Shown: piece after piece, positions 27,769-32,000 of the stretch
How positions within the stretch are numbered: the stretch's first letter is position 1
Layout: every line of letters starts with the position of its first letter
Assembly (NCBI GenBank): GCA_017510445.1
Contig: JAFWNF010000002.1
Location: forward strand, 20,294-52,293
Length of the DNA: 32,000 nucleotides
Direction: 5' to 3'
Origin: Candidatus Saccharimonadota bacterium
Lineage (GTDB): Bacteria; Patescibacteriota; Saccharimonadia; Saccharimonadales; Saccharimonadaceae
Program-made: the position numbers and the translations under genes
The notes under the pieces: generated by a model
What the model was told of the DNA's origin: nothing
The model's input: the letters and a program-made list of their open reading frames with translations, nothing else
The model's database searches: none

Positions 27769-27777
27769 ATTATAACA
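27769..27777 (-). promoter_or_regulatory. TGtTATAAT-N6-ATG leaderless-type promoter of queH
   Basis: The minus strand reads TGTTATAAT (27777-27769), then TTTTTT, then the ATG at 27762. Confidence 0.5.
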
Positions 27778-27803
27778 TAAAACAGGGAAGAAAGCTAGAA
27801 ATA

Positions 27804-27832
27804 TTGACAAAATGCTTATGGTATGATATAAT
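27804..27832 (+). promoter_or_regulatory. consensus sigma70 promoter (glmM P1)
   Basis: TTGACA (27804-27809), a 17-nt spacer ending in TGA, then TATAAT (27827-27832). A second TGgTATAAT at 27888-27896 lies closer to glmM. Confidence 0.6.
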
Positions 27833-27919
27833 GAAAAGATAGGGCCTTGAAATAGAGACCAAATCTTCTGAATGTCTAAAATAAAAATGGTATAATAAAA
27901 AGGTTACAAAAGGAGGTAA

Positions 27920-29236
27920 ATGAAATATTTCGGTACTGACGGAATTCGCGGAAAAGCAGAAAGATTCACGTCTGATTTTCTTAGTGCAATTGTAAAAGGT
28001 CTAGTCGATTATGCCGGCGAAGATATAAAAGTCCTAATCGGTGGCGATACGCGTGAATCCTCTGAATGGATTTTGGCAGATTTAGAGCGAGCGCTCGAGA
28101 CTTTTGGCATCGAATATGCTAGTGTTGGCGTTCTTTCTACACCAGCAATAAACTATTGTTTTTATGAAATGGGATTTGACTTTGCGATTGATGTGACCGC
28201 TTCTCACAATCCATACACCGACAACGGCATAAAAATTTTTGAACGTGGCCAAAGCTCTGGCCAGAAGCTTTCTGATTCTGGATGTGAAATAATAGAACAA
28301 TCTCTCGATAATATCATAAAAACCGAGCTGGTCTCGTCTACCATTCGCGAAGATCTCCATTTTGAGGCGCTCGAAATCTATAAAACGCACCTAAAAGATT
28401 ATATTGGCGACGTTGACTTGTCAGGTCTAAAAATCGGCCTGGATTGCGCGAACGGCGCTACGAGCGCATTAAATAAAGTCGTTTTTGAAGAATTTGGTGC
28501 GAAGGTGAATCTGATTCATTCTGACGAAAACTATGGCAGAAAAATTAACAAAAACTGTGGTAGTACCCATCTCGAATCTCTTCAAAAACTTGTGAAGGAA
28601 AAGAATCTTGATCTTGGTATTGCGTTTGATGGTGATGGAGACCGTTGTTTGCTTATAGATAGTAAAGGAGAAATTGTCGATGGCGACCAAATTATCGCGA
28701 TTTTGACGAAATTCCTTGGTCTAAATTCTGCTGTTGTTACGGTAATGGCGAACCAAGGCCTAATCAACTGGGCAAAGAAGGAAAAAATTAATCTTGAAAT
28801 TACCTCCGTTGGCGATTCAAATGTTGCACTCGCTATGCGCGAAAAAAATATCGAACTCGGCGGAGAACAATCTGGTCATGTAATTCTTCCAGGCGAATCC
28901 ACTGGCGACGGTATGTTGACTGCACTCTTAGTCTGTAAAGCGGTCGTTAAATCACAAAAATCTTTCGATGAACTTGCGGGGTTTTTCGAAAAGCTCCCTC
29001 AAATCATGATTAACATGGAAGCAACGCCAGCTCAGAAAGAATTGCTAAAAACGAAGGAAGAAGTTAAAAAACTACTGCTCGAATACAATAAAAAAATCGA
29101 ATCAGTATCTGGTCGACTTCTTGTTCGTCCATCTGGCACCGAAAACCTGATTCGAATTACCATGTGGGGAGACGACGATAAGAAAATTGAAAAACTTGCA
29201 AACGGTCTAAAGAAAGAATTGGAGGAATTCTTATGA
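27920..29236 (+). CDS. glmM: phosphoglucosamine mutase
   Basis: Motifs YFGTDGIRG, TASHNPYTDNGIK (catalytic Ser), AFDGDGDR, GGEQSGH and RPSGTENLIRI. SD AAGGAGG is present. Confidence 0.95.
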   Translation: MKYFGTDGIRGKAERFTSDFLSAIVKGLVDYAGEDIKVLIGGDTRESSEWILADLERALETFGIEYASVGVLSTPAINYCFYEMGFDFAIDVTASHNPYTDNGIKIFERGQSSGQKLSDSGCEIIEQSLDNIIKTELVSSTIREDLHFEALEIYKTHLKDYIGDVDLSGLKIGLDCANGATSALNKVVFEEFGAKVNLIHSDENYGRKINKNCGSTHLESLQKLVKEKNLDLGIAFDGDGDRCLLIDSKGEIVDGDQIIAILTKFLGLNSAVVTVMANQGLINWAKKEKINLEITSVGDSNVALAMREKNIELGGEQSGHVILPGESTGDGMLTALLVCKAVVKSQKSFDELAGFFEKLPQIMINMEATPAQKELLKTKEEVKKLLLEYNKKIESVSGRLLVRPSGTENLIRITMWGDDDKKIEKLANGLKKELEEFL

Positions 29237-29670
29237 TTGTTAAACGTCTAGACAAATATACTCAAAAAGTCGCCGACGAGGTTCGCGCACTTTTGATTCA
29301 ACTTTCGCGCAGCGGCAAAGACCGTGGCGAGATTCCTAAAGAATGGTTTGAAGAATTAATCGCTTCGCCTTATCACGACATGATTTTAGCCGTCGAAGAC
29401 GAAAAAGTCGTTGGCATCGCGACAGTTTCGGTTCATATGGGACCAATTATCCGTAAAAATGTTTATCTGGAAGATTTTGTTACTGATTCGTCTGTTAGAG
29501 GCAAAGGCGTTGGCTCGGCAATATGGGCGGAAATTGAAAAATGGGGGAAAGAAAAAGGTTGTAATAACCTTGAATTTACTTGTGGTCAAGGTCGTGAAGC
29601 CGCTCAAGAATTCTATAAAAAACACGGTGCTTCAATTTATGAAACAAATTTCTTCCGCAAACAATTATAA
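29233..29670 (+). CDS. GNAT-family N-acetyltransferase (145 aa), translationally coupled to glmM
   Basis: ATGA overlap with the glmM stop. GNAT motif A is VRGKGVGSAIWAEIEKWGKEKGC, and the C-terminal part contains EFYKKHGA. Confidence 0.85.
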   Translation: MIVKRLDKYTQKVADEVRALLIQLSRSGKDRGEIPKEWFEELIASPYHDMILAVEDEKVVGIATVSVHMGPIIRKNVYLEDFVTDSSVRGKGVGSAIWAEIEKWGKEKGCNNLEFTCGQGREAAQEFYKKHGASIYETNFFRKQL

Positions 29671-29970
29671 GTGTTAAACAAAAAAGCTCCGAAATGGAGC
29701 AATTCTGAATCATGGAATTGGTAAGGGGCGAGAAGACTACCTTATTCGGTTATGCATGGTCATAGACTGGTGTATCGACCACCCCGAATACACGGCGAAG
29801 ATCAGGGTTATACCTAAGAAGGACTACCCAGTGCTGATGCCATGCGAGTTCTGAGATAAATATGGCAAAGAGATATTCGAACTTTTAAGAAAAATATGGC
29901 TCAATTGGAGCCGCAGAGGCTTAAAACAATGACAATGAAGAAAATAAAAGAAATACAATGTCAATGAAAC

Positions 29971-30006
29971 AAAAAGCCGACCATACTAAGTAGCCGGCTT
30001 TATTGT
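29971..30006 (-). terminator. terminator of the beta-helix gene
   Basis: On the minus strand the stem is AGCCG / CGGCT around a ~15-nt loop, followed by TTTTTGTTTC. It lies immediately after the stop at 30007. Confidence 0.55.
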
Positions 30007-31353
30007 TTATTTTACCTGAGTGCCATCCACGTAAAGTTTATAACCATTTGTATGGATATTGCTGTTTGTCGTATCGGCATTTGTGAGCGATTTAACATAA
30101 GTATCGCCCGTTAAAGTTATCGAGCTAGAACTGTCTAAGGTAAGCTCAACCTCGCCGGCATTATCGCTATTAATAGCACCGCTAAACGATGAACCACTAG
30201 CAAGATTCATTGTTAACTTCGAGATAGAATCTACAACGATATTACCGGTAGCCTTTTGATTAGTCATATTAAGCGTGACTGTACCGCCATTGCTACCGGA
30301 ATTACCCCAAGAATCTTTCTGGATCCTTAAGAAGTTGCCAGCATCATCGTTGTTTATAATCGCGTTATTCTCAAGGTTAATTTCCGCAGTGGTGTTCGTT
30401 ACGTAGAAGCTATCACCCTTATTGGTCGTGATGGTTGAGTTTTTGGCAGTAAAGACAGCTTTACCGGTTGCCGCGTCGCCACTCATAGATTGATAAAGGA
30501 AGATATTCTTATAAGTAGTAGATTGACCGTTGAGCGAGCTATTGGTGTCAGTCAAAGTTACATTTTCAAGCGTAATGCTATTCTTGCCCTCGATAATCGC
30601 GCCTTCAGAAGCAGTGGCGATTAGTGTGGCGTTCTTTACGGTAATATCTGCTGTAGAATAGATAGCCGGAGATCCTTTGCCAGTAGTCTTATAAGTACCC
30701 TTGTTTACCGTAACAGTCCCGCCGCCACGATCTGAACGAATCGCTGCGCTGGAAGTACCGGCTGTAGCAATAGTAAGGTTTTCAGCATTCATTACGCCAC
30801 CGCCAGTGGTCATAATACCACCAGAATTATCCTTACTTGTTGTAATGGTAGAATCGGAAATATTTACCGTAGTACCATCAGACGACGAATTATTGGTCGT
30901 AGCCGAACCGCCATAGCTAAATACACCATTAGCGCCAGTTGCGTCAGTTGTAATATTAGCATTTTTAATGGTTAAATTCGCACCACCCTTAGCGATAATA
31001 GCCGAGTTGGTGCCATAAAAACTAGTATTGTCGCCGCCGTCTGAATCACCAGTTTTAGTTACTGTAATTCCGGACAAAGTAGCTGTAATATCTCCAGATA
31101 CGGAAATGGCGTTCTCGTCGGCGTTAGATGATGAGAATTCACCACTTGTGATATCCTCGTTCGACGTAATCTCTTTAACTGCCGAGTAGGACGCGGATGA
31201 TGAACTGCCGCCACCATTCATTGCTGGTGCACTACCCCCACTAGTAGTATAGTTAGAGTTTACCGTATCTATAATCAAGAACCACAATACACCTAGAGTT
31301 ACAACCAAGGCGGCGATTATAGCGGCATATGTGATTTTATCTTTCTTGTTCAC
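30007..31353 (-). CDS. N-terminally membrane-anchored parallel beta-helix repeat protein (pectate-lyase / Cthe_2159-like, adhesin-like)
   Basis: 448 aa. After the TM anchor come Gly/Ser/Thr/Asn-rich ~20-25 aa pseudo-repeats such as TVTKTG, LTIKNANITT, TVNISDSTITT, LTIATAG, TVTVNKGTY and ITVKNATL. GTG start with SD AAGGAGA. Confidence 0.7.
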   Translation of the reverse strand: MNKKDKITYAAIIAALVVTLGVLWFLIIDTVNSNYTTSGGSAPAMNGGGSSSSASYSAVKEITSNEDITSGEFSSSNADENAISVSGDITATLSGITVTKTGDSDGGDNTSFYGTNSAIIAKGGANLTIKNANITTDATGANGVFSYGGSATTNNSSSDGTTVNISDSTITTSKDNSGGIMTTGGGVMNAENLTIATAGTSSAAIRSDRGGGTVTVNKGTYKTTGKGSPAIYSTADITVKNATLIATASEGAIIEGKNSITLENVTLTDTNSSLNGQSTTYKNIFLYQSMSGDAATGKAVFTAKNSTITTNKGDSFYVTNTTAEINLENNAIINNDDAGNFLRIQKDSWGNSGSNGGTVTLNMTNQKATGNIVVDSISKLTMNLASGSSFSGAINSDNAGEVELTLDSSSSITLTGDTYVKSLTNADTTNSNIHTNGYKLYVDGTQVK

Positions 31354-31373
31354 TATAATCTCCTTCCTTTTCT

Positions 31374-31655
31374 TCAGCTATTGCTCTCAGAACTATTTTC
31401 GTCGCTTGGTTTTTCTGGCGGAGTGCCACCTTGGCCGTTTGAGCCATTTTCACCACTTGGCATTTCTGGTGGAGTACCGCCACCGCCTGGCATTTGTTGT
31501 GATGATGATCCGCTAGCTGAACTACTAGTTCCTAAAGTCTTTGTATAAACAAAGAAAGCCGCAGTAGAAATAACTGCGCCCACTAATACACCAATTACGA
31601 AGAGTATGATTTTCTCTTTCGAGGTATCTTTCTTTTTAAGATTTTCGTTTTCCAT
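31374..31655 (-). CDS. small single-pass membrane protein with a Gly/Ser/Pro-rich disordered tail
   Basis: 93 aa with one TM segment (IILFVIGVLVGAVISTAAFFVY). The tail carries the duplicated motif GGTPPEMPSGENGS / GGTPPEKPSDENSS. SD AAGGAG is present. Confidence 0.6.
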   Translation of the reverse strand: MENENLKKKDTSKEKIILFVIGVLVGAVISTAAFFVYTKTLGTSSSASGSSSQQMPGGGGTPPEMPSGENGSNGQGGTPPEKPSDENSSESNS

Positions 31656-31800
31656 AAGCTTGTTCTCCTTTTAATTATTATACAATACCATTATCAACCG
31701 CTTTCCTGAAATAGAACTTAAAAGTAAGCAAAGAAATAATTTCAGTTTCGTTTGAGGTTAAAGGAGCAAAATTATATTATAATTAATTAAGGAGAATACT

Positions 31801-32000
31801 ATGAGAGTACTCTATGTAGAAGATGCGACTTTTCTGGCAGAGGCCGTGAAATTTAATCTAGAAAAACAGGGAATCATTGTTGATCTATCTAGCGATGGCG
31901 AAGATGGTCTAGAAAAAGCCTTAGATGATATTTATGATTGTGTGATTTTAGACATTATGTTGCCAAAATTTTCTGGTACTGACATTCTGAAACGCATGCG
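31801..32000 (+). CDS. two-component response regulator, receiver domain (3' end outside the window)
   Basis: MRVLYVEDATFLAEAV...CVILDIMLP carries the acidic pocket and the phospho-acceptor Asp context. SD AAGGAG is present. The frame remains open to the window edge. Confidence 0.85.
   Translation, partial: MRVLYVEDATFLAEAVKFNLEKQGIIVDLSSDGEDGLEKALDDIYDCVILDIMLPKFSGTDILKRM

Noticed and set aside
31331-31516. 61-aa + strand ORF spanning the junction of the beta-helix and small membrane protein genes.
   Set aside because: It is antisense to two SD-preceded minus-strand genes, and its His/Leu/Phe-rich translation is typical of a shadow frame.

Overview
This 32 kb window is a gene-dense chromosomal segment with about 30 CDS, 2 tRNAs, and no rRNA, CRISPR array, transposase or integrase. 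Most genes are housekeeping. Functions were assigned by motif recognition only; I could not run any database search.

Gene content:
- Glycolysis: pyk (5' end outside the window), pgk, eno.
- Ion energetics: a membrane pyrophosphatase and a CaCA antiporter.
- Exogenous fatty-acid use: plsY-fakA-fakB plus a GT4 glycosyltransferase.
- Envelope and protein quality control: lemA-htpX.
- DNA repair: ligA and uvrC.
- Others: secG, an orphan family-5 solute-binding protein, queH, and glmM coupled to a small GNAT.

The compact proteins, missing accessory domains and lipid-scavenging logic suggest a small-genome bacterium, possibly Patescibacteria/Saccharibacteria-like. That taxonomic guess is inference only.

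Items worth a second look:
1. A roughly 2 kb AT-rich AbrB/ABC-ATPase/ABC-2-permease cassette sits next to tRNA-Gly. It is bracketed by an imperfect direct repeat and carries its own palindromic operator.
2. A self-contained two-gene module encodes an SPFH (COG4260-like) protein and a double-zinc-ribbon membrane protein.
3. Six genes share a TGnTATAAT-N6-ATG geometry, which implies leaderless mRNAs and changes two start-codon calls.
4. Several proteins have lost accessory domains: LigA has no zinc-finger cysteines, UvrC has no HhH2 tail, and Pgk is short.
5. A 336 bp convergent spacer with a GC-rich, stop-free segment could be a gene remnant or an ncRNA.
6. Two clusters encode surface proteins. 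One ends in an unannotated, translationally coupled 46-codon ORF. The other pairs a beta-helix protein with a small membrane protein, divergent from a response regulator.
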